This document shows positions 37,478 to 47,438 of a stretch of DNA of 64,000 bases, one piece after another. This stretch comes from Bacilli bacterium. Its GTDB lineage: Bacteria > Bacillota_I > Bacilli_A > RFN20 > CAG-449. Both the position numbers and the translations under genes were made by a program. The stretch lies in assembly GCA_900755065.1 (NCBI GenBank), contig CAAEFC010000030.1:5359-69358 (forward strand), read 5' to 3'. Every line of letters begins with the position of its first letter. Position 1 is the first letter of the stretch. The notes beneath the pieces were generated by a model, which was not told the origin of the DNA, searched no databases, and saw only the letters and a list, made by a program, of their open reading frames with translations.

Positions 37478-38527
37478 ATGAGAAAGTTTGATTATTCTAA
37501 TTTAAAAGATAAAGTGTGGGATTCTTCAATTATAAATAAGATTGCACATATTCATGAAGCAAAAGGCAGGCAGGAACTTTATTTAGCCCAAAAACCAGAA
37601 GAATTAGATAAGTTAGTGGAACTTGCTAAGATTCAAAGTACCGAAGCAAGTAACGCTATTGAAGGCATAAGAACTACTGATGCAAGATTAAAAAAGATTG
37701 TTAAGGAAAAAACAACTCCTAAAAATAGAAGTGAAAAAGAAATAGCTGGATATAGAGATGCATTAAATACTATTCATGAAAGTTTTGAATACATCCCATT
37801 AACTCCAAATTATATATTACAATTACATCAAATATTATGCAGTAAAAATGATGAAGTATCATATGGCGGTAAGTTTAAAAATGTTCAGAACTATATAAGC
37901 GCTACTGATGAAAAAGGGAATTCATTTACTTTATTTACTCCAATATCTCCGCTTGAAACTCCAATGGCTATACAAATGTTATGTGATGAATATAGGAAAG
38001 CAATTGAAAAAAGAGAAGTTGATCCGTTAATTTTAATTCCAATATTTATTCATGATTTTTTATGTATTCATCCATTTAATGATGGAAATGGAAGAATGTC
38101 TCGATTGCTTACAACTCTTTTATTGTACCGTTCAGGATATGATGTTGGTAAATATATATCATTGGAATTAAAGATTTCTAAGCTTAAAGATTTATATTAT
38201 GACGCATTATATGATTCACAAATTGGTTGGCATGAAGAAAATGATGATCCAACACCGTTTGTAAGTTATTTATTAAGCATAATTTCAATGGCTTATGATG
38301 ATTTTGAAAAAAGAGTTGAAAGGATAACTAAAAAACTTAGTGCATATGATACAGTTAAAAAAGCGTTAGATGTGAAATTAGGTAAAGTTACTAAATCAGA
38401 TGTTGCCGAATTATGTCCTCTATTATCCACTAGTTCAATTGAAAAAGTATTAGCAAAAATGGTAGAAGAAGGAAAACTTGAAAAAGGTGGGTTTGGAAAG
38501 AATTCTTTCTACATAATCAAATTATAA
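37478..38527 (+). CDS. Fic-family protein (AMPylase-type), class II with N-terminal inhibitory helix
   Basis: Fic motif HPFNDGNGRMSRLL. The inhibitory motif [ST]xxxE[GN] is present as SNAIEG upstream of the core. AT-rich codon usage. Confidence 0.85.
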   Translation: MRKFDYSNLKDKVWDSSIINKIAHIHEAKGRQELYLAQKPEELDKLVELAKIQSTEASNAIEGIRTTDARLKKIVKEKTTPKNRSEKEIAGYRDALNTIHESFEYIPLTPNYILQLHQILCSKNDEVSYGGKFKNVQNYISATDEKGNSFTLFTPISPLETPMAIQMLCDEYRKAIEKREVDPLILIPIFIHDFLCIHPFNDGNGRMSRLLTTLLLYRSGYDVGKYISLELKISKLKDLYYDALYDSQIGWHEENDDPTPFVSYLLSIISMAYDDFEKRVERITKKLSAYDTVKKALDVKLGKVTKSDVAELCPLLSTSSIEKVLAKMVEEGKLEKGGFGKNSFYIIKL

Positions 38528-39104
38528 CTTGCTCTCATTTTTGCATTAAATTTGAGAGAAAACTTATTTTTATGAGAGAATCAAGATATTCGCATCTTTT
38601 TTCTTGTATGGATTACACATACCTAACCTAAGTTTGTTTCACTTTCACGTTTGTCACGTGTCACATAGGAGTAAGTCCTGAAAACACGCTGACTATAAAA
38701 AAGTCAACATATTTTAGATATTTGCTGCTTTTTATTTAAGTAATTTGTGGTAAATCATTTTAGAAATTTGTCGAATTATAAGACAAGGCGAATAAAAACT
38801 GAAAAAAAGCACAGGATTTAAGAATTGTCTGTACCGAAAGGATATGAATTGGAAGATTTGTATGATACAGACGATTCGGAATTTGCAGGAGCAGAACCAC
38901 GGAGTCTTTTACAGATGAAGCAAGAAAAAAGGCTGCTACTCACCTGACTTCACAAGAACCAAATTAACCGACCAGTTGGAAGAAACGGCAAATCTATTCT
39001 TATCCTCGCAGGCTTTATCCAATGTGTATGTAAAAAAAGTAATTAAATTATCTAAAAATATATTTTAAAAATTCTGGAAAAAGACTACATTTTCTTTTAA
39101 ACGA

Positions 39105-39150
39105 AAAAGTAGAAAATGCTCGATTTATCCGGATCTTTTTCTACTTTTTT
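39105..39150. terminator. Long perfect hairpin (bidirectional terminator-like)
   Basis: AAAAAGTAGAAAA-(19-nt loop)-TTTTCTACTTTTT, directly downstream of the 71-aa minus-strand ORF. Confidence 0.5.
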
Positions 39151-39156
39151 CCTCCC

Positions 39157-39372
39157 TCAACTGTAAAAGTCAGGAGTATAGCATTCGGAATCAGAGCTGT
39201 TAAGAAATACTTGCAAATCTTCTTTGGCTAGCGTAGAGTATCCCCCTCGTTCATCTGCTACATCGAGGCGGTGAACAACGTTTATAATAAGATGAGGCAG
39301 AAAAGGATAATTTATCCTAAGATTCACATCACCCATGGGATATGAAGTCCTGTGGGCTTTTTCTTTTGACAT
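39157..39372 (-). CDS. Hypothetical small protein (71 aa)
   Basis: ORF only, followed by a strong hairpin. No motif recognised. Confidence 0.3.
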   Translation of the reverse strand: MSKEKAHRTSYPMGDVNLRINYPFLPHLIINVVHRLDVADERGGYSTLAKEDLQVFLNSSDSECYTPDFYS

Positions 39373-39597
39373 AGATCTTTCGCCTTTCCTGTGTGACCCG
39401 AAACTGCACCGAATCAGAAAGGCGGATTTCGCGCCTTTTTACCGTTTTTGTGCGTGAAAGTTCGATAGTCGCGGATTTTTGCGAAAAAACGGATTTGCCT
39501 TCATCGTAAGAGGGGGGGGAAAATCCGTATTTTTTTGTTGCGGTCGAAACCGCATTGTGAAATACTGATAGTAGATGTCTGACATAGGAGAGAAACG

Positions 39598-40761
39598 ATG
39601 AAGAAAAAAGTAAATCTGATGATTCTGAGGGCGGCGGAAGTTCTCCTGTCTTTGGTGATTGCCACCGCTTTGTTCTGGGGGACGGCGGACGAAGAAAGCG
39701 GACTGATCCTTTCTTCCGGAATCGCATGGCTCCCGTCTGTACTTGCGTCGGTCGTACTTCTTCTCCTTCTTCTGGAATTTTTCCGGTCGAGACCTTGGGT
39801 GCGCGCGGTCTATTTAGCGATCGTGCTGCTCACGCTCCTTTTTTCGATCAACGAAGGTCTGGCTTTCGTCAACGCGGCTGTCTGGCTTTTTTTCACCGTT
39901 TACGCGGTACTTGCGCTTGTCGCTTTGATTCGGACGAAAAGAGACTCGGAAAAGGAGCCGGAAAACCGCGCGGAAAAGACCTATTCGCTTGGCTTCTTTT
40001 CCAAGAGGCAGTCCGTTCTTTCGATCTCTTCGACCGTTCTTTTTGTTCTTCTGATCGGCGCGCTGACGATTCTGTTTCTCCATTATTCTTATCCCGTTCC
40101 GCTTTTCGCTTTTCTCATCTTTTTGGTTTTGTTCGCCTATCTTTGCTGTATGTTTTTTACGATTTCCAAGGAAACGCCTTCCGCCGTTCTGAAACGATTC
40201 AACCGCGATTGCCGCTATGAAGAATTGAAGCGTTCGTTGGACGAAATGCTGTCCAGACCTTTGCATCCCGACGACAGAAGTTATGTCGAAATCCTCTTGA
40301 CCAGCGCCTGCTCGCTCGTCGATCTCGAAGAGACGAAACAGCGTTTTTCGACCATCGTCAGACCGAGTCAGAAGAACTATCGGATTCTGTACGATATGCT
40401 TCGCATCGATCTGATGCTGACGGACGGAATGACGGAAGAGGCGGAAAACGCGATCCGCCGGTTCCAGGAGACCTATCCGCGGAACAAGAACGGAGAATAT
40501 CTGAATCGGGCGCGGCTCATTCTGACAACGGAAGAGACGATTCCTTCGGTGGAAACCTATTATCCGGTCAATACGAAGAATCCGTATCTCAACATCGTCA
40601 ATGCGAATATGCTGCTCAACTACTATCGGGTGCGAAAGAATTGGGAAAAGGCGAGGATATACGCGCAAAAGATTCTGAACCAGCCGAGCGATTTCACGGA
40701 ATTAAGAGCCTTCGCGAAAAAAATCGTGAACGGAGAGTCCGTTGAGAATCCGGAAACGTAA
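39598..40761 (+). CDS. Membrane protein with cytoplasmic helical-repeat (TPR-like) C-terminal half
   Basis: 387 aa, about 6 TM spans, then an alpha-helical region. GGAGAG RBS. Confidence 0.45.
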   Translation: MKKKVNLMILRAAEVLLSLVIATALFWGTADEESGLILSSGIAWLPSVLASVVLLLLLLEFFRSRPWVRAVYLAIVLLTLLFSINEGLAFVNAAVWLFFTVYAVLALVALIRTKRDSEKEPENRAEKTYSLGFFSKRQSVLSISSTVLFVLLIGALTILFLHYSYPVPLFAFLIFLVLFAYLCCMFFTISKETPSAVLKRFNRDCRYEELKRSLDEMLSRPLHPDDRSYVEILLTSACSLVDLEETKQRFSTIVRPSQKNYRILYDMLRIDLMLTDGMTEEAENAIRRFQETYPRNKNGEYLNRARLILTTEETIPSVETYYPVNTKNPYLNIVNANMLLNYYRVRKNWEKARIYAQKILNQPSDFTELRAFAKKIVNGESVENPET

Positions 40762-40810
40762 GAAAGCGATCCGCTTTGGGTAAGATGAAACGGAAAAGAG
40801 GAAATGAGAA

Positions 40811-41293
40811 ATGAACGATCCGATTTGCGTCGAATTTGAAAGCCGATATGAGGGAAAAATCGCCGATATTTTTTTCGAGAAACTGAGAATGTTTCTCACG
40901 ATGCTAACCGGCGCCTTGCTGATCCTCATTCTGGCCGTTTATCTGGCTTTCATCGATTCTTCTTCTCCGGAATTCGTCGGGTATCTGCTCTACTTCCTGT
41001 CTGTGTTTGTCCTGCTGGCCTCACTGATCGTTCCTCTCTTGATCCGTTATAACAAGGGATTGCGCGGCCGTATCGTCGTGACGATCGTTCCGGCAGAGCG
41101 GGTCTATCAGATTGAAGGCGAAAAGCGAAACGGAACGTTCTACGAAAAAGAGAAAGTGGGTATTCTAGATATCCGAAAGAAAACGGTTCTGGTGGGAAAG
41201 GACGTTTTTCACGCCTATCGGATACCGAAAAAGGCGTTGACGGAATCGCAGATCGAAGGTTTGATGGCTTTGAAACAGGCGATGAAAAAATAG
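40811..41293 (+). CDS. YcxB-like two-TM membrane protein
   Basis: 160 aa. Two adjacent TM helices, then a C-terminus ending AYRIPKKALTESQIEGLMAL, similar to the YcxB family. Confidence 0.4.
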   Translation: MNDPICVEFESRYEGKIADIFFEKLRMFLTMLTGALLILILAVYLAFIDSSSPEFVGYLLYFLSVFVLLASLIVPLLIRYNKGLRGRIVVTIVPAERVYQIEGEKRNGTFYEKEKVGILDIRKKTVLVGKDVFHAYRIPKKALTESQIEGLMALKQAMKK

Positions 41294-41542
41294 ACTTTAT
41301 TTCATTTGTGTAAAACAGAGAAAAAAGGCGAATTTGCTTTCTTGATCGCCTTTTTGAAAGAAAATGACGAATTTTGTCGCTGTTTCATGCGTTTTTTTGC
41401 TGTTTTTTTGGGGGTGTAGCGTATTTTAATCATAGAGTGAAAATTCAGCCGAAAAAGCAAAGTTAGTTTTTTTCGACATTCTTTTGCTTGCAATTTTCCG
41501 AAATGCTAGAATCAGTTTGACAGTTTTGTCATGGAGGATTAT

Positions 41543-42256
41543 ATGGATCGTAAACTCGTCAAATTATTAGCCTTACCTTTGATTTTCGCTTCTTTGTTCG
41601 GATGCAGTTCGAATAAAGACAACGCGAGCAGTGAAACCGGAAAATCGGAAACGGTTTCCGAAACCACTTCTGCGGGAGAAAGTTCTTCCGCCGAAGACAG
41701 CAAAGAACCGGTATCTTCGATCGTCGAAGAATCTTCGGTCTCTTCGGTGACCGATGAAATCTCTTCGAGTTCGTCGGAAGAAGAAACAGGCACGCAATTG
41801 GTTTATAACTTCTCGACTTTAACCGAAACCGGCGTGGAGATGACCGGATCGGTCCTGGAAGTTTTTCAGGGGCTGAACGACAGCGCACTCCTGACGGACG
41901 TAACGGCGACGAAAGTGTATAACGGAAACGGTACGGGCGGCGCATACGAAAAGACGGCAGGCTTGTTGAAATTCGGCACCGGAAGCGCGAACGGCGAGTT
42001 GGCGATGACCTTCGACGTAACGGCCAGCATCGTGAAAGTGGATTTGCTTTGCCACGACTGGTATACGAAATCGGAGCAATATCCGACCAATTCCAATACC
42101 GTTTCGGTCAACGGAAGCGAAGCGGTACTGGCGCCGTACAATGAAAGCGGAACGTTCGAGGTGCTTTCTTTCGATCTCAGCGGAACGAATACGGTGACAA
42201 TCACATCGGTCAAGCGGATTTTCTTAAAAGAAATCGTCGTCTATCTGGCGGACTGA
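41543..42256 (+). CDS. Lipoprotein with Ser/Glu-rich linker, unknown function
   Basis: Lipobox SLFGC|SS. GGAGG lies 5 nt upstream of ATG 41543. Has a low-complexity S/E-rich tether followed by a beta-rich domain. Confidence 0.55.
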   Translation: MDRKLVKLLALPLIFASLFGCSSNKDNASSETGKSETVSETTSAGESSSAEDSKEPVSSIVEESSVSSVTDEISSSSSEEETGTQLVYNFSTLTETGVEMTGSVLEVFQGLNDSALLTDVTATKVYNGNGTGGAYEKTAGLLKFGTGSANGELAMTFDVTASIVKVDLLCHDWYTKSEQYPTNSNTVSVNGSEAVLAPYNESGTFEVLSFDLSGTNTVTITSVKRIFLKEIVVYLAD

Positions 42257-42290
42257 TCGCAAATCGAAGAGGAACTGAAAAGTTCCTTTT

Positions 42291-43889
42291 TTATTGGTCT
42301 TTTGTCCGGTAGTCGAGTTGACCGGCGAACGCGTAGGAGTGGATCGAATAGGCATAGACGCTCGTCGAACTGATGCACAGAACGTAGGAATCGGTCAGGA
42401 CGATCCGGAGAATGTAGTCTTCCGGGAAGGTCAGGGTTTTCAGGTGGGAAATCGGATTCGCGACGGAGAAAATCTGCACGCTTTGCCCTCTTTCGCTGAA
42501 CATCGGAAAATAGATCGTTTCTTCGTCCCGGACGAAGGCCTTCGGATTGTAGCGCACTTCGGTGCTAGCGTATTTTTCGTCAATCCGGAAAACGTTTGTC
42601 AATGACAGATCCGCCTTATCGAACAAAGCGAGGACAAGACCGTCGGATATCCGTTCCTCATCGTAAGAAGTTCCCAGCGCGAAGAGATGATCGGCGGTCG
42701 TTTCCAGATAATCGCAGGAGAATTCCACTTCGGTTTCTTTCGTCTCGACGATTTCAGACGGATCAGAGAAATCGAAGATGAAAAGGGGATCGATGTAGAG
42801 GAAGGTCGAAAGATAGCAACGGTTTCCTTCGAAGCGGATCGCGTAGATGCTTTCTCCGGGCGCGATGCTTCTTTTGGCTTTGATCCGGAAATCGCTCAGC
42901 GCGATATTGTACAGTTCGTTAAAGGAAGTATCGTTCTTGAAAGAACAGGTCGCCGCGCGGAGATAGCCGCCGTAAGACGAAAGCGCGTCGGAATTCGCCA
43001 GATATCCGTCGAGAACGACATAGCCGTCGTAAGTCAGGTTTTCCATCGAAAAGACGTGAATCGCCGTCTGGCTTTCTTCATCGTAAAGCGCGGACGACAT
43101 CAGAATCCGATGATCGGAAAAAAGCAACGTCCCTTCGATGCCGAGAATCCCTTTGAAGTCCATCGGCGCGGTTTCTTTTAAAGACAGTCTGGCGATCAGA
43201 CGGATCGAATAGGCGTTGTTCCCGGCTTCGGACAGATAGAGGTCCTGTTCGCTCAGTTTTTGTTCCTGATACACCGAATCCCGGTAACTCGGAAAGATGA
43301 ACGTTTTGCTTTCCGGGTTGAACACGGTGTAATCCGACAAAGCCAGATACAGATAGTCCTCATCGATCGCGGACGACAGATAGTAACTTTCCTCGAAAAA
43401 GACGCTGCGCGACAAAGAAAAATCCGCTTTCGAGACGATGAAAACGCCGCATTCGCTGATCGAATAAGGAAATTTTCTTCCCGGAAGCACCTCGATTTCG
43501 GTTTCGGTCGACCGAATGCCGAGCAGAATGATCGCGTCCGCGGTCAGAATGACTTCGGAGGGCATAAAATTTTCAAAACGGAGTTGATTGACGCACGTTC
43601 GGGTATCGATGTCGACGATGTTCAGTTGCGCATAGTCGACGATGTAGAGATACCGATCGTCGCGCTGAATGAAATCGCCCTCGTCGACATCGTCGCACGG
43701 ATAGTCAACGTCTTCGATCGGATCGATCACAGGAAGATCGCTATCGTCGCGTTCCTTTTTGAGAAAATCGGCGGCCTGCTGAGCCGTGATCCGTTTCACG
43801 CCGATATCGTCGGTCTCTTTTTTCGGAAGAAAAACGGCGGCGCACAGAATCCCCGCGAGGACTACGCCGAGCCATAGCCTTTTTTTCAT
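42291..43889 (-). CDS. Secreted/anchored beta-propeller domain protein (PF09826-like)
   Basis: N-terminal anchor MKKRLWLGVVLAGILCAAVF. The block AIRFEGNRCYLSTFLYIDPLFIFDFSDPSEI matches the conserved RFxGxxxYxVTFxxxDPLFxxDLSDP signature of that family. Confidence 0.6.
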   Translation of the reverse strand: MKKRLWLGVVLAGILCAAVFLPKKETDDIGVKRITAQQAADFLKKERDDSDLPVIDPIEDVDYPCDDVDEGDFIQRDDRYLYIVDYAQLNIVDIDTRTCVNQLRFENFMPSEVILTADAIILLGIRSTETEIEVLPGRKFPYSISECGVFIVSKADFSLSRSVFFEESYYLSSAIDEDYLYLALSDYTVFNPESKTFIFPSYRDSVYQEQKLSEQDLYLSEAGNNAYSIRLIARLSLKETAPMDFKGILGIEGTLLFSDHRILMSSALYDEESQTAIHVFSMENLTYDGYVVLDGYLANSDALSSYGGYLRAATCSFKNDTSFNELYNIALSDFRIKAKRSIAPGESIYAIRFEGNRCYLSTFLYIDPLFIFDFSDPSEIVETKETEVEFSCDYLETTADHLFALGTSYDEERISDGLVLALFDKADLSLTNVFRIDEKYASTEVRYNPKAFVRDEETIYFPMFSERGQSVQIFSVANPISHLKTLTFPEDYILRIVLTDSYVLCISSTSVYAYSIHSYAFAGQLDYRTKDQ

Positions 43890-44017
43890 AGAATCACCGG
43901 TCTTATTGTGCGGATTTTTTCCGTTTGTATGCACGCATTCGCGAAAATCGTTTTTTTCGGCATCCCTTTTTGCTTCTTCTTTGTCTTATCTGACGATAAT
44001 CGGAAGGAGAAAGTGAA

Positions 44018-45352
44018 ATGAAAAAGAAAAAAGCCGTTGCCGTATGCATAGGCGTCGTCGGAGGTCTTTGCCTTCTTTCGGTTCCTGTCCTCCTTATGCA
44101 AACGGAAAAAGAAGCCAGTTTCAGAAGATATCGGAAAAAGTACAGCCTCGACGAATGGAAGGCGATCGAAACGGCTTCGTTCCGTCCGTTGAATTCGATC
44201 GTCTATCCCGACGAAACCTACAAGAAAGAAGAGGTCGATGAGGCTTATATCACGGCGGTTTCTGACTTTGCTTATCGCATTTACGATCGGATTTCCGCGC
44301 AAAAAGCCAATAGTTTTTTTTCGCCTTTGGGATTATATGCCAATCTGGATTTGATTTCGTCGGTTTCCTCCGATGAAGCGGCGAAAGAAGAATTCGACCT
44401 TCTGCTCGGATTGGATGCGGACAAACGAAAAGCGAATTTTTCCAGAATGCAGCGAACCGATTGCTACGTCGAAGAGAACGGGACGATTCAGATGCATAAC
44501 GGCGTTTTCTTTACCGACGATTATTCGGTCGATCCGACAGTCGTCGGGGAGTTGACTATGCGTCGCGCGGAAGCGTATCAGATCGATTTTCAGAATGAAT
44601 CGGCGCGAGAAAAGATGCTCTCCTGGGTCGACCGTCAAATGGGAGAAAAGGGGTTTATCGACGAAAAAGACCTGGAAATCGACGCGGATACGGCGATGTT
44701 GTTTTTGACGACGGTTTACTTTTCCAACCGCTGGGAGAACATGTTTTCCGCTTCAAACAGCGAGACGGACACTTTTTACGGATCGGAAAGAAACGAGCAG
44801 ATCACCTATATGCGACATACGTACGCGGGCATCGTTTACGATTACGGGGATTACGTTTCCTTTTACGACGCGTATACGAACGGTGCGAAAATTCAGTATC
44901 TGGTTCCTAAATCCGTCGAGGATTCCATCGACGAACTCGTCAAGGGCGTCGATTTTCTGAAAGAAGACGAAGAAGCGCGACTTCCGGGATGCATCATCGA
45001 TCTGAGCGTGCCGAAATTTACGTCGGAAGCGCAGTTTGATTTCACGGAAACGCTGAAAGAAGAAGGATTGAACCTCGTGTTCGACCGGACGCGTCCCAGC
45101 CTGAACGGAGCCTTTACCGATGCCGATCAGGTCGTTTATTTGCAATACGTTCGTCAGAAGAGCCGCCTTTCGTTCGACGAAGACGGAACCGAGATCAAAT
45201 CGCTGACGTTTTCAAAAGGTAGTAGCAGGTCCATCAGCCCGGCGATTGAAGGCGAAACGATGAAGATTCAGTTGAACCAGCCGTTCCTCTACGTCGTTTA
45301 CGATTCCAACGACCTTCCGCTTTACATGGGAAAAGTCGATCAGCCGAATTAA
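44018..45352 (+). CDS. Serpin-family serine protease inhibitor with N-terminal membrane anchor/signal
   Basis: Serpin blocks FFSPLGL, TVYFSNRWENMF, the hinge-like FDEDGTEIKSLTF, and the C-terminal NQPFLYVVYD...LPLYMGKVDQP. Confidence 0.8.
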   Translation: MKKKKAVAVCIGVVGGLCLLSVPVLLMQTEKEASFRRYRKKYSLDEWKAIETASFRPLNSIVYPDETYKKEEVDEAYITAVSDFAYRIYDRISAQKANSFFSPLGLYANLDLISSVSSDEAAKEEFDLLLGLDADKRKANFSRMQRTDCYVEENGTIQMHNGVFFTDDYSVDPTVVGELTMRRAEAYQIDFQNESAREKMLSWVDRQMGEKGFIDEKDLEIDADTAMLFLTTVYFSNRWENMFSASNSETDTFYGSERNEQITYMRHTYAGIVYDYGDYVSFYDAYTNGAKIQYLVPKSVEDSIDELVKGVDFLKEDEEARLPGCIIDLSVPKFTSEAQFDFTETLKEEGLNLVFDRTRPSLNGAFTDADQVVYLQYVRQKSRLSFDEDGTEIKSLTFSKGSSRSISPAIEGETMKIQLNQPFLYVVYDSNDLPLYMGKVDQPN

Positions 45353-45406
45353 GCGTTTCCCTTTCCTTTTCCGGATGATATAATGGAAGACGGAAGAGGA
45401 AGAAGT

Positions 45407-46060
45407 ATGATCACGAGTTATAAAGAATTCATCGAATGCGAATCGCAGAAAGAATATTACCGGAAACTGAAAGAATTCGTCGTGGAGGAATACCGGAACC
45501 ATACTTGTTTTCCGCCGTATTCCAAAATTTTTCATGCGCTTTCGATCACGCCTCTGGAACGGACGAAAGTCGTCATTCTCGGGCAGGACCCTTACCACGA
45601 GGTCAATCAGGCGCACGGCCTGGCTTTCAGCGTGCTGTGCGATCAACTTCCGCCGTCGCTCGTCAACATCTACAAGGAAATGGAAGACGATCTCGGCGTC
45701 AAAGTGCATCAGGACGGCAATCTCGATTATCTGGCCAGACAGGGCGTTCTTCTGCTCAACACTTCGCTGACCGTGCGCGAACATATCGCTAATTCGCACG
45801 CCAATCACGGCTGGGAAATCTTTACCGACAATTGCATCCGTTTGCTCAACGAACAGGACAGACCGATCGTGTTCATTCTGTGGGGGAGAAACGCGATCTC
45901 CAAGACGCGTTTACTCGACAACCCGAAACATCTGGTTCTCACTTCGCCGCATCCGTCTCCTCTGTCGGCTTACGGCGGTTTTTTCGGATCAAAGCCGTTC
46001 TCGAAAACCAATCGTTTTCTGATCGAGCAACAGATTGAACCGATTCGCTGGACAAAATGA
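45407..46060 (+). CDS. ung: Uracil-DNA glycosylase (family 1)
   Basis: Catalytic VVILGQDPYH, plus GVLLLN and HPSPLS motifs. Confidence 0.9.
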   Translation: MITSYKEFIECESQKEYYRKLKEFVVEEYRNHTCFPPYSKIFHALSITPLERTKVVILGQDPYHEVNQAHGLAFSVLCDQLPPSLVNIYKEMEDDLGVKVHQDGNLDYLARQGVLLLNTSLTVREHIANSHANHGWEIFTDNCIRLLNEQDRPIVFILWGRNAISKTRLLDNPKHLVLTSPHPSPLSAYGGFFGSKPFSKTNRFLIEQQIEPIRWTK

Positions 46061-46072
46061 AACTGCACGAAA

Positions 46073-46104
46073 AAACGGATCGCCGTCGCGGTCCGTTTCT
46101 TTTT
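46073..46104. terminator. Bidirectional terminator between ung and the anti-sigma gene
   Basis: AAACGGATCGC-CGTC-GCGGTCCGTTT (11 bp including one G-U pair), flanked by an A-run and TCTTTTTT. Confidence 0.55.
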
Positions 46105-47438
46105 TAATTCAGGGAGTTCTTCAATTCCGCTTTCCGATTTTCCGCTTCGGTTTTGAAACGGAGAAGATCGTCCGCGTATTGCTTTTCAAATTCATCGAAG
46201 AAAGCGTCCTTGGCCGCATTCAGGGTCGATTCGGTTTCTTTGGCTTTCTTTTCGATCATGGAAGAAATCTCTTTCGAACTCGCTTCGAGGGTTTCCAGCG
46301 AATCGACGATGCCGTTCAGGATCGTCTGTGCGGCGTCGATGGAATCGTTCGCGGTCGTTTGAAGCGAGGTCAGCGTCCCGATCGCGGCGTCTAAGGCCTG
46401 CTCTTTCAGTTCCAGTTCTTTTTTCAGAAGGGTCAGAGACGGGCTGTCCGCGTCGATTTCGGACACTTGCTTCCGGAGTTGAATGACTTCGTTCTTACTT
46501 TCGACCATCTGGCTCCGGGTTTTCTGATAATCCGACTCCGGATCGATCAGGGTGTCGTAACGAATCTGATCGAGCGAGGCGCCGGCCTCTTTCAGTTGAT
46601 CGATCATCTTCGCGTAAACTTCGACGAAGGTCTGAGAAATTGCGTCGATTTCTCCGATCGCTTCCCGGAAAGATTCTTTTTCGGTAAAGGCGATCTTGTG
46701 GGCTTTCGCGCTGTTGTAGAGTTCTTCGAGTTGCTCGGAGAAGATCTCCGCCGTTTCCAGATGATAGAGGGAAATCACGTCGAGCAATTGCACGTACGTC
46801 AGGCTCTTCGCTTTCTCGGCGCTGAGCGTCGGATCGCACCCCATCGCCCGTTTTTCCAATTCTTCGCGCGTGTACTTTTCGACTTTTTCGATCGTTTCAT
46901 CGATGTCGTATCTGGCGCAGATATCCTCCAACGACGCGACGATTTTTTCCTCTAAATCCGCGACGTTCTGGTTTTCTGCGGTAACCGAGACGCTGATCTT
47001 GTTGGTGTCGACGCTTGCGCTTCCTTCAATCAGATATCCGGTTTCCGATTCGACTTTCACGATGATTTCGAGGGCTTCGTCCAGCGTCTTTCCGATAAAA
47101 TCTTCGCCCTGGACGATCATCTTTCCTTCGTCGTTTCCGCCGTAGACGGAGATGACTTTATTCTTTTTATCCAAGACCAGTTCGATGCTCGGATTGACGT
47201 CGATGCTGACCATTGCGTGGGCATCGTCGCCGCTCTTGTTTTTCGGCCAGAAGACGAATGTCAGCGCGCAGGCGGCCACGAGCGTTCCGCTTAATAAACA
47301 GATCAGCGTTTTCTTTTTCATAAACTTTTCTTCCTTTCGTTTGCTGAGATTCAGTTTCGCTGCGGTTTCTTCGTAGCAGTCCGGGAATCTCAAATGTTCT
47401 TCCATATACCTTTTGAATTGCTTTTCGGTTCTTTTCAT
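46104..47438 (-). CDS. Putative anti-sigma factor (single-pass membrane protein with long coiled-coil ectodomain)
   Basis: ATGA overlap with the upstream ECF sigma gene. One TM (LICLLSGTLVAACALTFVF). The extracytoplasmic part is rich in heptad-like E/K/L repeats. Confidence 0.5.
   Translation of the reverse strand: MKRTEKQFKRYMEEHLRFPDCYEETAAKLNLSKRKEEKFMKKKTLICLLSGTLVAACALTFVFWPKNKSGDDAHAMVSIDVNPSIELVLDKKNKVISVYGGNDEGKMIVQGEDFIGKTLDEALEIIVKVESETGYLIEGSASVDTNKISVSVTAENQNVADLEEKIVASLEDICARYDIDETIEKVEKYTREELEKRAMGCDPTLSAEKAKSLTYVQLLDVISLYHLETAEIFSEQLEELYNSAKAHKIAFTEKESFREAIGEIDAISQTFVEVYAKMIDQLKEAGASLDQIRYDTLIDPESDYQKTRSQMVESKNEVIQLRKQVSEIDADSPSLTLLKKELELKEQALDAAIGTLTSLQTTANDSIDAAQTILNGIVDSLETLEASSKEISSMIEKKAKETESTLNAAKDAFFDEFEKQYADDLLRFKTEAENRKAELKNSLN

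Larger units (their letters stand above)
36962..39400. other. AT-rich accessory island adjacent to tRNA-Gly (Fic gene plus decayed sequence)
   Basis: Composition drops sharply right after tRNA-Gly. There is only one intact long ORF, followed by about 600 bp without ORFs. Backbone composition returns around 39.4 kb. Confidence 0.5.

Noticed and set aside
38640-38675. Possible parS site or iteron array (GTTTCACTTTCACGTTTGTCACGTGTCACA)
   Set aside because: It does not match the Firmicute parS consensus TGTTNCACGTGAAACA and is not a palindrome. It is noted only as a minor feature inside the Fic island finding.
36940-39600. att-type direct repeat of the tRNA-Gly 3' end marking the island boundary
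   Set aside because: Only a 6-7-nt match (CACCTG at about 38932) was found, which is not distinguishable from chance. No integrase gene is present.
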